This document shows, piece by piece, positions 1 to 10,334 of a DNA stretch of 64,000 nt (the stretch's first letter is position 1; each line of letters opens with the position of its first letter). The stretch is from Desulfurococcales archaeon (lineage in GTDB: Archaea; Thermoproteota; Thermoprotei_A; Sulfolobales; NBVN01), in the NCBI GenBank assembly GCA_015523295.1, contig WAKQ01000011.1, positions 934-64,933 of the forward strand. The letters run 5' to 3'. The position numbers were made by a program, and so were the translations under genes. Below the pieces are notes generated by a model that saw nothing but the letters and a program-made list of their open reading frames with translations, searched no databases and was not told where the DNA came from.

Positions 1-532
1 GCAAAAAGAAACAACTAGGGCCGGTAGGTAATGAAGCCTGAAACAATAGGGTATGTTGTGGGCTATATTGATGCGGAAGGGAGCTTCTCAGTAAGCGTGA
101 AGCTACAGAAAGACCTTATATATGGAGTAAGGCTTGATCCTGTCTTCAGCATAACTCAGCAAGAGAGGAAGCCTCTAGAGGTTATCGCTGATGTACTTAA
201 TGCAGGGAGGATAATTCGGAAGCCAGGCCAGGCACATCTGTGGTTGCTTGTGGTGGATAGCATGAATGAGTTGACTAGGAGGCTAATTCCATTCCTAGAT
301 ATGCATGAAGATCTTCTTCTGGCCAAAAAAGAAGCGTATGAGGTGTTTAAGGAGGTGGTCATTGGCTTGCATAGAGGGATACATAGAAGGCCTGAAGGCA
401 TTAGGAAGCTTGTGACTTTATCTTACAGTCTCTCTCGATTGAACTCGAAGGCCCATAGAAGGAGGACCCTCAAACAAATTCTGGAAATAATTAATTCCCG
501 TGTTGCTGAGCGGGGGGAGCCCCCGGGAGATA
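1..532 (+). mobile_element. Archaeal 23S rRNA intron, 3' portion (5' boundary lies left of the window), carrying a homing-endonuclease ORF
   Basis: Non-rRNA sequence containing a LAGLIDADG ORF runs directly into universally conserved 23S domain IV sequence, which resumes at about 533 (GGTAGCCAAATGCCTTGCCGGGTAAGTTCC). The splice point is uncertain by a few nt because the bulge-helix-bulge partner strand is outside the window. Confidence 0.75.

Positions 533-537
<5 letters not shown>
31..537 (+). CDS. LAGLIDADG homing endonuclease, single-motif (homodimer type, I-CreI/I-Vdi141I-like)
   Basis: N-terminal GYVVGYIDAEGSF is a LAGLIDADG motif. I found only one copy in 168 aa. The ORF lies inside an rRNA intron. 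Its TAG stop (535-537) falls within the exon sequence GGTAGCC. Confidence 0.85.
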
Positions 538-1500
<963 letters not shown>

Positions 1501-1612
1501 GGCTAGCGTGTGCTGAAAGGGCCTATGCGTGGCGCTTGGAGGTGTTCTCCCTAAAATGTTATGTATGTGGGAGGCATCTTCAGGTTTACAGTCACCTTTC
1601 AAGAGGTTGCCT

Positions 1613-2212
1613 TCACTCTATCCTGTACTTCTTCTCCCTTGCCTCAGTGCCACCCCTAAGATACCATCCAACATCAAAGATGTTAATGGCGACAGGGTCT
1701 GTTCTTCTAAGTGACGATATCTCGTTGCAGTTCTCTATTGTAGATAGTCCAAGCCCGTAGACATACTCATCTTCTCCAACTATGCCTACGATATCCGATT
1801 TCTTTATAGGTGGGATGCACTTCCTAACAGACGCCTTCAGAACATCCTTTCCATAAAGAAAAGGTTTAAGGCCCTCCCTACCTACTATAAGGGCCTTAAA
1901 CACTCTTCCGAGTGAGCTGTAGACGTACTGGAGGAAATCGGTTGAGGGTATGAAGTAAGGTTCCCTCCTCCTAAGCCTTCCTACGTACATGCCAGCAGCG
2001 TAGGGGATCTTTCCTGACTTAAGGAGGATATTCACAGGTTCAAGGACATCCTTGCTTAACAGATATGCCTCTCGGAAGACACCCTCACATATTAGGGGCG
2101 TGTACCCTGTAAGGAGACCCTCAACCTCCTCCATGGGTAGAGCGCCATTGAAGAATTTATAGACAGCTTCTACCACCTGGTCTCCACCGAAGAAGCACTT
2201 GATGCGGTTCAC
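1613..2212 (-). CDS. NIP7-like ribosome-biogenesis protein with C-terminal PUA domain
   Basis: The central block PYAAGMYVGRL and the C-terminal PUA-like KKSDIVGIVGEDEYVYGLGL...INIFDVGWYLRGG resemble archaeal NIP7. It lies 3 nt downstream of, and on the same strand as, a NOP2/Sun methyltransferase (the eukaryotic Nop2-Nip7 pairing). Confidence 0.65.
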   Translation of the reverse strand: MNRIKCFFGGDQVVEAVYKFFNGALPMEEVEGLLTGYTPLICEGVFREAYLLSKDVLEPVNILLKSGKIPYAAGMYVGRLRRREPYFIPSTDFLQYVYSSLGRVFKALIVGREGLKPFLYGKDVLKASVRKCIPPIKKSDIVGIVGEDEYVYGLGLSTIENCNEISSLRRTDPVAINIFDVGWYLRGGTEAREKKYRIE

Positions 2213-2215
2213 CCA

Positions 2216-3259
2216 TCATAACCTCCTAAGCATGCAAAGGAAGAAGCCTTCCGTCCCGGAGATATGGGGATAGAGTCGGGCGCACCTCCCCATTTCTTCA
2301 GGGATCTCTATATTGAAGTACTCCCTAATCCCCTTAACGTGCGGTACTGGAGGGTCAACAGGTTCGATTACTGTATCCTCCCTTGAACTGATGACCTTGG
2401 CGATAACTAGCTCGTTCTCCTCAGGGGCTATGGAGCACGTAGTGTAGAGTATTGTATGTCCAGGCATTACGGCATCCAGTGCCGAGTTCAGTAGCTCCAC
2501 TTGGAGATTATGAAATATCAGCAGCTCCTTAAGCGACGTCTTAGCCTTCCTGGAAGGATCCACCATGATCAGGCCCTCCCCACTGCAGGGGGCGTCAAGA
2601 AGCACTTTAGTGAAGTAAGCGCGATAGATGCTTGGGATGTTCCGAGCATCTGTACGCACGAGAACCACATTATGTACGCTCATCCTCTCAACATTGCTCC
2701 TTAATGCCCTCATTCTCCTCCTGGATATATCCGTAGCAACCACTACGCCCTTATTCATCATTATCTGCGCCATATGGGTTGTCTTACCGCCTGGTGCGGC
2801 CGCCATGTCCAGAACACGATCTTTGTGTCCGGGATTTAGAAGCATTGGAGGGAGGAGGGAAGCCTTACCACGGTAGAGATAGTAAAGCCCTAGCAGGAAT
2901 TCATGGAGGGAGCCGAGGGACGCTACTCCCTCATTGGAATTGAGCTCGGCACATTCAACACACCAAGGAATTTCCTTCAAGGTATAACCTAGTTCCTCCA
3001 GCCTGTTGAAAAGCCTGCTGCAGTCCCTGACCTTAAGGCTATTACACCTAATAACAGGGTTCAGACTTCCTTCAAAGGCTTGGAGAAGGTTCATCACCTC
3101 ATTCCAGGTGCCCAACATCTCCTTATACCTGGCGATCATGTAGGGCCTGTACCCGAACTCGTTGGACAGCCTTAACGCTTTCCTTGAAACCTTGATCCTC
3201 CTCTTGAGCCATCCATAGAGGTCGCTGATCTCTTCCAAGCCTGGCAACCAGCACCCCAA
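2216..3259 (-). CDS. NOL1/NOP2/Sun-family RNA (cytosine-C5)-methyltransferase
   Basis: SAM motif [10 protein letters not shown]. The two catalytic-Cys motifs DAPCSGEG (motif IV) and TTCS (motif VI) are present. Confidence 0.85.
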   Translation of the reverse strand: MGCWLPGLEEISDLYGWLKRRIKVSRKALRLSNEFGYRPYMIARYKEMLGTWNEVMNLLQAFEGSLNPVIRCNSLKVRDCSRLFNRLEELGYTLKEIPWCVECAELNSNEGVASLGSLHEFLLGLYYLYRGKASLLPPMLLNPGHKDRVLDMAAAPGGKTTHMAQIMMNKGVVVATDISRRRMRALRSNVERMSVHNVVLVRTDARNIPSIYRAYFTKVLLDAPCSGEGLIMVDPSRKAKTSLKELLIFHNLQVELLNSALDAVMPGHTILYTTCSIAPEENELVIAKVISSREDTVIEPVDPPVPHVKGIREYFNIEIPEEMGRCARLYPHISGTEGFFLCMLRRL

Positions 3260-3288
3260 CCCTCATTAATTGTCAACACACAAATAAG

Positions 3289-3603
3289 TTGATAGGGGTG
3301 GGGGAAGTGACGGCATCCGGAGATTGTATCAGGGCTCACATGAAGGTATATGGGATCGTTCAAGGGGTTTTCTTCAGGTCCTCCATGAAGAGTAAGGCAT
3401 ATGAGTTGGGGGTCGTCGGATGGGTTATGAATAGGCCTGACGGCAGCGTTGAAGCTGTAGTGGAGGGCCCCAAGGAAGCAGTTGAGGAAATAGTGAAATG
3501 GGCTCATCGAGGCCCGCCCGCAGCCGTAGTAGAGAGAGTTGAGGTTAAATGGCTTCCATGCAAGGGCGACCTGAAGGACTTCAGGATAAGATATGAGTGG
3601 TGA
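3289..3603 (+). CDS. acyP: Acylphosphatase
   Basis: [41 protein letters not shown] matches the acylphosphatase signatures (V.G.VQGV.FR and G.V.N..DG.VE). The size is right. The true start may lie a few codons inside the ORF. Confidence 0.8.
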   Translation: MIGVGEVTASGDCIRAHMKVYGIVQGVFFRSSMKSKAYELGVVGWVMNRPDGSVEAVVEGPKEAVEEIVKWAHRGPPAAVVERVEVKWLPCKGDLKDFRIRYEW

Positions 3604-3606
3604 TTT

Positions 3607-4164
3607 ATGATGATGGAGTACGAAGTTAAGATCCCTGTAGATGATTTGAGAGCTGTTAAGGAGAAGATCGCCTCATCAGGCTGGCTCTTGGAGGCTAGGC
3701 TTAAGGAGGTGGACAACTACATTGACCTCACAGAGTGTCCTGGCGTGCCTGAAGATACGGTTCTTAGGGTAAGGCTTAAGGAGGACCTGGATACACGTAA
3801 AACGCTAGGTGAGATAACCTACAAAGGCCCTCAATTGGAGGAGAATGTTAAAGCAAGGGAGGAATTGACCGCCGTGATTGACGATCCTGAAAAAGCCGTT
3901 GAGATGTTTATGAAGTTAGGTTTCAGATTATTCAGAGTGTCTAAGTATAGAGAAATATACGCTAAGCCCGGGAAGAGAGCCAAGATTTACCTAGATAATG
4001 TTGAGGGGTTAGGTTATTTCCTAGAGGTTGAGATCATCAACCCCTCCAGCAGTAATGAATTCAGGGAAGCCCTCGAGGAAATCGAGGAGGAGCTCGGCCT
4101 TAAAGGAAGGCCGGAGATAATTAAACCTTACTTGACGATGATGCTGGAGGCCAGGCAACGATGA
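3607..4164 (+). CDS. CYTH-domain triphosphate tunnel metalloenzyme (class IV adenylate cyclase / triphosphatase-like)
   Basis: N-terminal EYEVKIPV carries the ExExK signature of CYTH proteins. The protein is about 185 aa. Its stop overlaps the next start (ATGA). Confidence 0.7.
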   Translation: MMMEYEVKIPVDDLRAVKEKIASSGWLLEARLKEVDNYIDLTECPGVPEDTVLRVRLKEDLDTRKTLGEITYKGPQLEENVKAREELTAVIDDPEKAVEMFMKLGFRLFRVSKYREIYAKPGKRAKIYLDNVEGLGYFLEVEIINPSSSNEFREALEEIEEELGLKGRPEIIKPYLTMMLEARQR

Positions 4165-4976
4165 GAATCATCGCTGCATTAACGGATTTCGGGCTTCAAG
4201 ACCCGTATGTGGGTATGATGAAGGCTGTAGCGAAGAAGTTGTGTGCAGAGGTTGAAGTAATCGACCTAACTCACGAGATCCCAAAGTACAACGTTTTATG
4301 GGGGTCACACGTCCTTAGAATATCAAGGAGGTACTTCCCTAAGGGTACTGTGTTTCTCGGGGTGGTCGATCCAGGAGTGGGGGGTAAGAGGAAGGCAGTT
4401 ATCATTGAGGGTCTTGAGGGGGGAATCTATGTAGGGCCTGACAATGGGCTTCTTTACCCTGTAGCTGATGATGAGGGCATCAAGGCGGCTTACGAGATAA
4501 TTCCCCTCAAAGCAGGTCTTCATGAAATATCCAGAACTTTTCACGGCCGAGACATTTTCATGCCTGCCGCGTCATTGATAGCTTGTGGAGTCAGTCCATC
4601 ATCACTCGGCGTTAGCCTCAACATAGCTAAGTTGGTAAAGGCTCCTAAATACCCAGTCCCCCCCAAAGCTAGAGGGGATATCATCGAGGTTGACGTATTA
4701 TATGTTGATAGTTTTGGAAACATAGTGACTTCAACCGACGGAAAGTACTTGCAAGCAGACTTGAACATCTCTAAGGGATCGAAAGTTCAAGTGAGCGTTG
4801 ATGGGCGTTTTTGGAGGGAGGGGATCTACGGTGAGACCTTCTCCGATGCATCAGTAGGTGATTTAGTGCTGTACGAAGGCAGTTATGGACTGCTTGAGAT
4901 CGGGGTTAACCAGGGGAATGCTGCAGAACTTCTTAAACCTAAAGCGAAAATCTTTCTTAAAGCCCCAGCCCGTTAA
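4161..4976 (+). CDS. S-adenosyl-L-methionine hydroxide adenosyltransferase family protein (DUF62, fluorinase/chlorinase-like)
   Basis: The N-terminus IAALTDFGLQDPYVGMMKAV and the block GVVDPGVGGKRKAVIIE are typical of the DUF62 SAM-hydrolase family. Confidence 0.8.
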   Translation: MRIIAALTDFGLQDPYVGMMKAVAKKLCAEVEVIDLTHEIPKYNVLWGSHVLRISRRYFPKGTVFLGVVDPGVGGKRKAVIIEGLEGGIYVGPDNGLLYPVADDEGIKAAYEIIPLKAGLHEISRTFHGRDIFMPAASLIACGVSPSSLGVSLNIAKLVKAPKYPVPPKARGDIIEVDVLYVDSFGNIVTSTDGKYLQADLNISKGSKVQVSVDGRFWREGIYGETFSDASVGDLVLYEGSYGLLEIGVNQGNAAELLKPKAKIFLKAPAR

Positions 4977-4984
4977 TTGAGGGG

Positions 4985-5527
4985 ATGAGAGTAATGGCTT
5001 GGTCAGACGTAACCCGAGCCCTATATCCGGGTAGGTTTCAGCCGATGCATCTTGGACATCTAAATGTTATCAAGTGGGCACTCACCAAGGTTGACGAGCT
5101 GATCGTCGGTGTGGGTACTGCACAGGAGTCACACACTGTCGTTAATCCGTTCACCTCAGGCGAGCGCCTTGTCATGCTTAGGAGGGCTCTAATGGATGAA
5201 GGCATTGACATAAGCAGAGTTTACGTAATCCCCATCCCTGACATCCTGATGAACTCCGTCTGGCCCTATTACGTGCAGATGTATGTACCTAAGTTCACTT
5301 TCGGGGTTGCCAGGAATCCACTGGTTTTAAGACTGTTTAAGGATGCGGGGATTAAACTCCTGATCCCACCTCCGTATGATAGGAAAAAGTTATCCTCCAC
5401 CCGCATAAGGAAACTAATGCTGCTAGGGAAGGATGAGTGGAGGGAACTCGTCCCGAAGGCGGTCGCCGAGTTTATCGATGAAATAGGAGGTGTGGAAAGG
5501 CTTAAGGAGATCACGGGTGTAGATTAG
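4985..5527 (+). CDS. nadM: Nicotinamide-nucleotide adenylyltransferase (archaeal NMNAT)
   Basis: GRFQPMHLGH is the (T/H)xGH nucleotidyltransferase motif in the archaeal NMNAT context. The C-terminal LSSTRIRKLM is an SxTxxR motif. Confidence 0.8.
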   Translation: MRVMAWSDVTRALYPGRFQPMHLGHLNVIKWALTKVDELIVGVGTAQESHTVVNPFTSGERLVMLRRALMDEGIDISRVYVIPIPDILMNSVWPYYVQMYVPKFTFGVARNPLVLRLFKDAGIKLLIPPPYDRKKLSSTRIRKLMLLGKDEWRELVPKAVAEFIDEIGGVERLKEITGVD

Positions 5528-6588
5528 TGATTGTTGTGGACGGCTCCTATGGTGAAGGGGGCGGGCAAATACTCAGGACATCTGCGGCCCTCTCCTGTAT
5601 AACCGGGCAAGACGTTCGAGTCGTCAAAATTAGGGTTAAGAGAAGAAATCCAGGTTTAAGAAATCAACATATAACAGCATTAAAAGCTGCAGCAGCTTTA
5701 TGCGGAGCCCAGGTTGAAGGACTGGAAATAGGTTCTAAGGAGGTTATCTTCAAGCCTGGAAGCGTGAAGTCAGGGACCTTCATGTTCGACGTCGGCACTG
5801 CAGGATCGGTCACTCTGGTTCTTCAATCGCTCTTACCCATAATGGCCTACTCTCCTGGCAGTGTTAAATTGGTTTTGAGGGGAGGAACTGATGTTCCTTG
5901 GTCGCCGACAATCGACTACCTGAGGCACGTAATGCTATACCACCTTAGCAGCTTAGGCTATGATGTTAATGTCAAACTGGTTAGAAGAGGGCATTACCCT
6001 AAAGGCGGTGGCTCGGTAGAAGTGGAGGTACCTTCACCGCCGAAGGGATTCAGGCCTATTCATAAGGTCTTCAGGGGGGAACTGCTGGAAATTAGGGGGG
6101 TCTCACACTGTGTAAGGCTTCCTAGCCATGTAGCGAGAAGGCAGGCTATCTCCGCAAGAGACGTTCTGAGAAAGGCAGGATTGAATATCCCTATCAATAT
6201 TGACGAGGAATGGTATGATCCGATGTCGGACCCTCATTTAGGACCTGGGTCAGGGATTACCCTCTGGGCTGTTGCTAAGGAGAGTATTTTAGGAAGTGAT
6301 GCTCTGGGTGCTAGAGGGAAGAGGGCTGAGATTGTTGGTAAGGAGGCAGCCGACAAGCTCCTAGCAGATCTTCGTACAGGTATGGCTCTAGATACACACA
6401 TGTCGGATAACATACTTATATATCTGTCATTAGCGGACGGTGAATCCGTTATCGGTGGCGCTAGCCTCACCTTGCACGCTTTGACGGTTATGTGGTTGCT
6501 AAGGAAGTTCTTAAGTGTCAGTATAGAGGTTGAGGGTGAGATAGATAAGCCCTTCAAAGCCATCGTATCCCCTCTAAAGACACTATAG
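5527..6588 (+). CDS. rtcA: RNA 3'-terminal phosphate cyclase
   Basis: The N-terminus DGSYGEGGGQILRTSAALSCITGQ and the His region LDTHMSDNILIYL are characteristic of RtcA. It has a GTG start overlapping the upstream stop by 1 nt. Confidence 0.85.
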   Translation: MIVVDGSYGEGGGQILRTSAALSCITGQDVRVVKIRVKRRNPGLRNQHITALKAAAALCGAQVEGLEIGSKEVIFKPGSVKSGTFMFDVGTAGSVTLVLQSLLPIMAYSPGSVKLVLRGGTDVPWSPTIDYLRHVMLYHLSSLGYDVNVKLVRRGHYPKGGGSVEVEVPSPPKGFRPIHKVFRGELLEIRGVSHCVRLPSHVARRQAISARDVLRKAGLNIPINIDEEWYDPMSDPHLGPGSGITLWAVAKESILGSDALGARGKRAEIVGKEAADKLLADLRTGMALDTHMSDNILIYLSLADGESVIGGASLTLHALTVMWLLRKFLSVSIEVEGEIDKPFKAIVSPLKTL

Positions 6589-6609
6589 CTTTAAAACTTA
6601 GTTGTAGAC

Positions 6610-7356
6610 ATGTTGAGGGTGCTTAGAATGGCCTTCAAGGAAGGGGATATGTTGCTGGTTGAGTACTCACTCTTCGTTAAGGAGACAGGGGAGCTTGTTG
6701 AGACATCAAGGGAGGATATTGCGAAGCTTTACAAGAAGTATGAGGAAGGAAGGGATTACGGCCCGGAACTGTTCATTGTGGGTGAAGGGAGATATGTTAA
6801 GGGGATAGAGGAGGCATTAAAGAATGCTGCGGAACTAAATAAGGATTATGAGGTTGAGATACCTCCCGATAAAGCTTACGGTGAGAGAGATCCTTCGAAA
6901 ATTAAGGTATATTCGAGGAAGGTATTTCTGAAGAACAACATAGTTCCCGAAGTCGGTAAGGAGGTTACCATAGGCAACTCTACAGGGAGAATAGTTGCGT
7001 TAAGCGGAGGTAGGGTTACCGTAGACTTCAACCATCCACTAGCCGGTAAGACGCTTATCTTCAAGTTCAAAATAGTTAAGAGGCTTGAGGATCTTGGAGA
7101 GAAAATAAAGCATCTTATCAGAAGGAGAGTAAAGAGGCTAAACATGGATGAAGTTAAGGTGAACTTCGACTCTGAGAAGGGTGTAGTGGAGGTAGAGCTT
7201 CCTAAGGATATGAGGGTTGCTGATGGTGTAAATATCCTGAAGTATCTTGTAGCTAAGGACATCCTAAGATGGATAGATGGAGTGAACGAAGTCATATTCG
7301 TGGATAGGTATGATAAGCAGGACTTCAAGGGGAGTAGCGGTGGGGGAGAGGTCTGA
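6610..7356 (+). CDS. FKBP-type peptidyl-prolyl cis-trans isomerase (SlyD/long archaeal FKBP type)
   Basis: [22 protein letters not shown] and [18 protein letters not shown] form an FKBP core with an insert. An alternative start is ATG 6628 (MAFKEGDM). Confidence 0.75.
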   Translation: MLRVLRMAFKEGDMLLVEYSLFVKETGELVETSREDIAKLYKKYEEGRDYGPELFIVGEGRYVKGIEEALKNAAELNKDYEVEIPPDKAYGERDPSKIKVYSRKVFLKNNIVPEVGKEVTIGNSTGRIVALSGGRVTVDFNHPLAGKTLIFKFKIVKRLEDLGEKIKHLIRRRVKRLNMDEVKVNFDSEKGVVEVELPKDMRVADGVNILKYLVAKDILRWIDGVNEVIFVDRYDKQDFKGSSGGGEV

Positions 7357-8572
7357 AAAGAGGCAGCCTGAAGTTAATATAGGTGTCGTTGGCCACGTGG
7401 ACCATGGAAAGACCACATTAGTTCAAGCGCTGACCGGTGTGTGGACTGCTAAGCATTCAGAGGAACTTAAGAGAGCGATGACCATAAAACTAGGATATGC
7501 TGACGGCGATATCTATGAATGCCCGGATCTTCCAGAGCCAGATAGGTATAAGGTGTCACCAGATTGTGAGGGAGCTATATATAGGAGAAGCGTTTCATAT
7601 GTTGATGCTCCAGGCCATGAGGTATTGATGGCTACGATGCTGTCTGGAGCAGCGCTGATGGATGGCGCAATACTCGTTATTGCTGCAAACGAGCCTTGCC
7701 CGCAGCCTCAAACAAGAGAGCATTTCGCAGCCCTAGGCATAATAGGGGTTAAGAATTTAGTTGTTATTCAGAACAAGGTTGACGTCGTTACAAAGGAAGA
7801 GGCTATTAAGAACTATGAGAGTATAAGGGCTTTCCTTAAAGGAACCTGGGCTGAGAACGCACCTATAATTCCTGTAAGTGCGTTACATAAAGTCAACATC
7901 GACGCAGTACTTATGGCTATAGAAAAGGAAATCCCAACACCGGATAGAGACTTAAGCTCACCTCCTTTAATGTTTGTCGTCAGATCCTTCGAGGTTAATA
8001 GGCCGGGTACACCGCCAGAAAAGCTGGTAGGTGGTGTAGTAGGGGGCTCACTCTTAAGAGGAACGTTAAGAGTTGGGGATGAGATAGAGATCAAGCCCGG
8101 TGTTAGGTTAAGAACAGGTGTTAAAGAGGAATATGTACCTCTTACAACTGAGGTAGTCAGCATAAGATTTGGGGAAAGAAGTTATGACGAGGCTAAGCCG
8201 GGAGGGCTGGTGGCTGTGGGTACAGAGCTCGATCCCTCACTCACTAAATCAGATCGCTTGGTTGGGAACGTTCTTGGAAAAGCCGGAACGCTCCCAGATC
8301 CGGTTACACATGTAAGGATTGAATACAGTTTACTAGAGCGTGTTCTAGGAACTAAAGAGCTGCTTAAGGTTACCCCCCTGAATAAGGGGGAAAGGTTGAT
8401 GATTACTGCCGGAGCTGCAGTAACATTAGGGATGATAACCAAGCTAGGAAAGGATGTAATTGAAGTCACCTTGAGGAGGCCGACAGTTGTATGGGATGGT
8501 ATGCGTGTCGCTATCAGTAGGCAGGTTCTAGGAAGATGGCGATTAGTCGGTTGGGGTAAGGTAGTTTCTTAG
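7310..8572 (+). CDS. eif2g: Translation initiation factor aIF2 gamma subunit
   Basis: GTPase motifs are present: [10 protein letters not shown] (G1), DAPGHE (G3) and NKVD (G4), followed by EF-Tu-like domains II/III. An alternative start is GTG 7340. Confidence 0.9.
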   Translation: MISRTSRGVAVGERSEKRQPEVNIGVVGHVDHGKTTLVQALTGVWTAKHSEELKRAMTIKLGYADGDIYECPDLPEPDRYKVSPDCEGAIYRRSVSYVDAPGHEVLMATMLSGAALMDGAILVIAANEPCPQPQTREHFAALGIIGVKNLVVIQNKVDVVTKEEAIKNYESIRAFLKGTWAENAPIIPVSALHKVNIDAVLMAIEKEIPTPDRDLSSPPLMFVVRSFEVNRPGTPPEKLVGGVVGGSLLRGTLRVGDEIEIKPGVRLRTGVKEEYVPLTTEVVSIRFGERSYDEAKPGGLVAVGTELDPSLTKSDRLVGNVLGKAGTLPDPVTHVRIEYSLLERVLGTKELLKVTPLNKGERLMITAGAAVTLGMITKLGKDVIEVTLRRPTVVWDGMRVAISRQVLGRWRLVGWGKVVS

Positions 8573-8591
8573 ATGTGGGTTGCAGTAGGAT

Positions 8592-8990
8592 ATGAGCAAG
8601 TACAAACTACTTATAGATACTAACGTGTTCTTACTTTTATACGAAGGCGTTGACATTTTTGAAGAGTTAAGTAGGACTCTGGAAGGGAGTGTAGAGCTTT
8701 ACACGCTTGACTCCGTGATAAATGAAATAAGGAGGTTGGCTTCCACCCGAAGCGGAAAGAAGGGTATGGGTGCAAGGATGCTGCTTAACTGGAATATTTT
8801 GAGTAAAGTTAAGGTTTTGAAAACTGACTGTAGGGGATGTAGTGCGGACGAAGCCATCCTGCGTTTCGCGACTGAAAACCCTGAATATATAGTAGTCACA
8901 ATGGACTCTGAGCTGAGGAAGAGGCTTAAGGATAAAAGTGTTAAAGTTCTCACTCGGTGGAGAAGTAGGGGTAGGTTTTCTCAGGGTTAA
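8592..8990 (+). CDS. PIN-domain endoribonuclease, Fcf1/Utp24-like
   Basis: LLIDTNVF (first acidic PIN residue) and VVTMDSELRKRL are present. It occupies the conserved position between aIF2-gamma and rpoE' in archaea. Confidence 0.65.
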   Translation: MSKYKLLIDTNVFLLLYEGVDIFEELSRTLEGSVELYTLDSVINEIRRLASTRSGKKGMGARMLLNWNILSKVKVLKTDCRGCSADEAILRFATENPEYIVVTMDSELRKRLKDKSVKVLTRWRSRGRFSQG

Positions 8991-9033
8991 AAACTTAAAT
9001 AAATCCAACGCATACGTAGTAGGTGCGGCTGAT

Positions 9034-9564
9034 TTGTTCAGAGCTGTTACTGTCGAGGATATAGTTAGGATACCTCCAGAGAGATTTGGGGAGGAGCTTG
9101 AGAGAATCGCTTACGACCAATTAAGAGAGAAATACTTAGGCCGTGTTGATCCAGAGCTCGGATTAGTTATTGCAGTTTGGAAGGTCAGAGTAGATCCCAT
9201 AGGCACTATAATTCCCGGAGATGGTGCTACATACCACAAAACTGTAGCGGATTTGCTCACCTACTATCCGGTAATGCATGAGGTGGTTGAGGGAGAAATA
9301 GTTGATGTTAAAAAAATAGGGATCTTCGTCAACGTGGGTCCTATCGATGCTTTCGCCCATATTTCCCAGATAGCCGACGATAGGTTAGTGTTCGACGAAT
9401 TAAGGGGGATCCTTCAAGGAGAGGAAACTAAAATTACTTTCGGGAGAGGCGACGTGGTTAGAGGTAGGATAGTGAACGTAAGTCTAGCTCCGCCAACACA
9501 TATTAGAATAGGTATGACGTTGAAGCAGCCAGCTCTCGGTAAGATAAAGGAGGGTAAGAAGTAA
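9034..9564 (+). CDS. rpo7: DNA-directed RNA polymerase subunit Rpo7 (E')
   Basis: N-terminal VRIPPERFGE plus an S1 domain (VEGEIVDVKKIGIFVNVGPIDAFAHISQI). I set the start at TTG 9034. The ORF-track start at 8938 overlaps the PIN gene by 53 nt and adds a non-conserved extension. Confidence 0.8.
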   Translation: MFRAVTVEDIVRIPPERFGEELERIAYDQLREKYLGRVDPELGLVIAVWKVRVDPIGTIIPGDGATYHKTVADLLTYYPVMHEVVEGEIVDVKKIGIFVNVGPIDAFAHISQIADDRLVFDELRGILQGEETKITFGRGDVVRGRIVNVSLAPPTHIRIGMTLKQPALGKIKEGKK

Positions 9565-9785
9565 TGCCGTCACGTCATGGTTTACGTAAACCACCCTTTA
9601 AAGCCTGTACTAAATGTAAAGCATTAGTGCCTCAGGAAGTTAACAAATGCCCTGTATGTGGCAATGAATCCTTCACAGACAACTGGTCTGGGATGATTAT
9701 AGTGATAGATCCTGAAAAGTCAAGAATAGCTAAATCCTTGGGGATCAAGGTCCCAGGTAAATATGCTATTCGAATAGGCGGCTAA
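9564..9785 (+). CDS. spt4: Transcription elongation factor Spt4 (RpoE'')
   Basis: Zn ribbon CTKC...CPVCG followed by NWSGMIIVIDPEKSRIAK. Its start overlaps the rpo7 stop (TAATG). Confidence 0.8.
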   Translation: MPSRHGLRKPPFKACTKCKALVPQEVNKCPVCGNESFTDNWSGMIIVIDPEKSRIAKSLGIKVPGKYAIRIGG

Positions 9786-9790
9786 GGAGA

Positions 9791-9797
9791 TTTATAA
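9791..9797 (+). promoter_or_regulatory. TATA-box candidate for rps24e-rps27ae
   Basis: TTTATAA lies 33-39 nt upstream of ATG 9830. Confidence 0.4.
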
Positions 9798-9829
9798 GGG
9801 ATATCAGTAAGCTAAGTAAGGTGTAAGGA

Positions 9830-10150
9830 ATGAGTGAAGTTTCATCCCTCAAGAGCAAGGCTCTGGAAGATGGTTCGATATTGCATGTTACGAGGGAAAG
9901 GACTAACAAAATCATAGGGAGGATAGAGATTTTCGGAGTAGTCACGCATATGGGGAAAGGAACGCCTACACGTGCTGAGTTGAGGGCAGCCCTCGCTCAA
10001 CTTTACTCTAAAGATCCTAATCTTGTCGTCGTCAAGTACATAAAGAGCGAGTACGGTATGGGGAGGTCTAACATCAAGGTGCACATATATGATGATGAGG
10101 AAAGATTGAGGTTGTTCGAGCCTGAGTACATACTGAAGAGAGGTGGCTGA
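9830..10150 (+). CDS. rps24e: 30S ribosomal protein S24e
   Basis: The size, the NKIIGRIEI...[21 protein letters not shown] pattern and the conserved gene order after spt4 all fit. Confidence 0.85.
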   Translation: MSEVSSLKSKALEDGSILHVTRERTNKIIGRIEIFGVVTHMGKGTPTRAELRAALAQLYSKDPNLVVVKYIKSEYGMGRSNIKVHIYDDEERLRLFEPEYILKRGG

Positions 10151-10152
10151 CT

Positions 10153-10323
10153 TTGGCCGAGAGGTATAAATTATATGAAATCGACTACGATGCTGGAAGA
10201 ATCAAACTGAAGAACAAGGTGTGCCCTAAATGCGGTAGGGTAATGGCCTTTCATAAGTCCCCTGTGCCAAGATGGCATTGTGGTTACTGCGGATATGTTG
10301 AGTATGTGAGGGAAGGCAAGTAA
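10153..10323 (+). CDS. rps27ae: 30S ribosomal protein S27ae (not in the ORF track; TTG start, 56 aa)
   Basis: My own translation from TTG 10153 gives (M)[55 protein letters not shown]. It has the C4 zinc ribbon CPKCG...CGYCG. The gene sits in the canonical position directly after S24e. Confidence 0.75.
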   Translation: MAERYKLYEIDYDAGRIKLKNKVCPKCGRVMAFHKSPVPRWHCGYCGYVEYVREGK

Positions 10324-10334
10324 GTGTAGGTACT

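Noticed and set aside
8592-8990. PIN-domain gene as a VapC toxin of a toxin-antitoxin pair
   Set aside because: There is no upstream antitoxin ORF. The gene sits in the universally conserved aIF2-gamma/PIN/Rpo7/Spt4 string and has the Fcf1-like C-terminal motif (VVTMDSELRKRL), so it is a housekeeping rRNA-processing-type PIN.
10088-10150. ATGATGATGA ... CTGA ... CTGA pattern at the end of rps24e as a C/D sRNA. Similar half-patterns occur at 53884-53910 and 58064-58110.
   Set aside because: The box spacing is wrong (23 and 21 nt instead of 12) or the terminal D box is missing. All of them lie within well-supported coding sequence.
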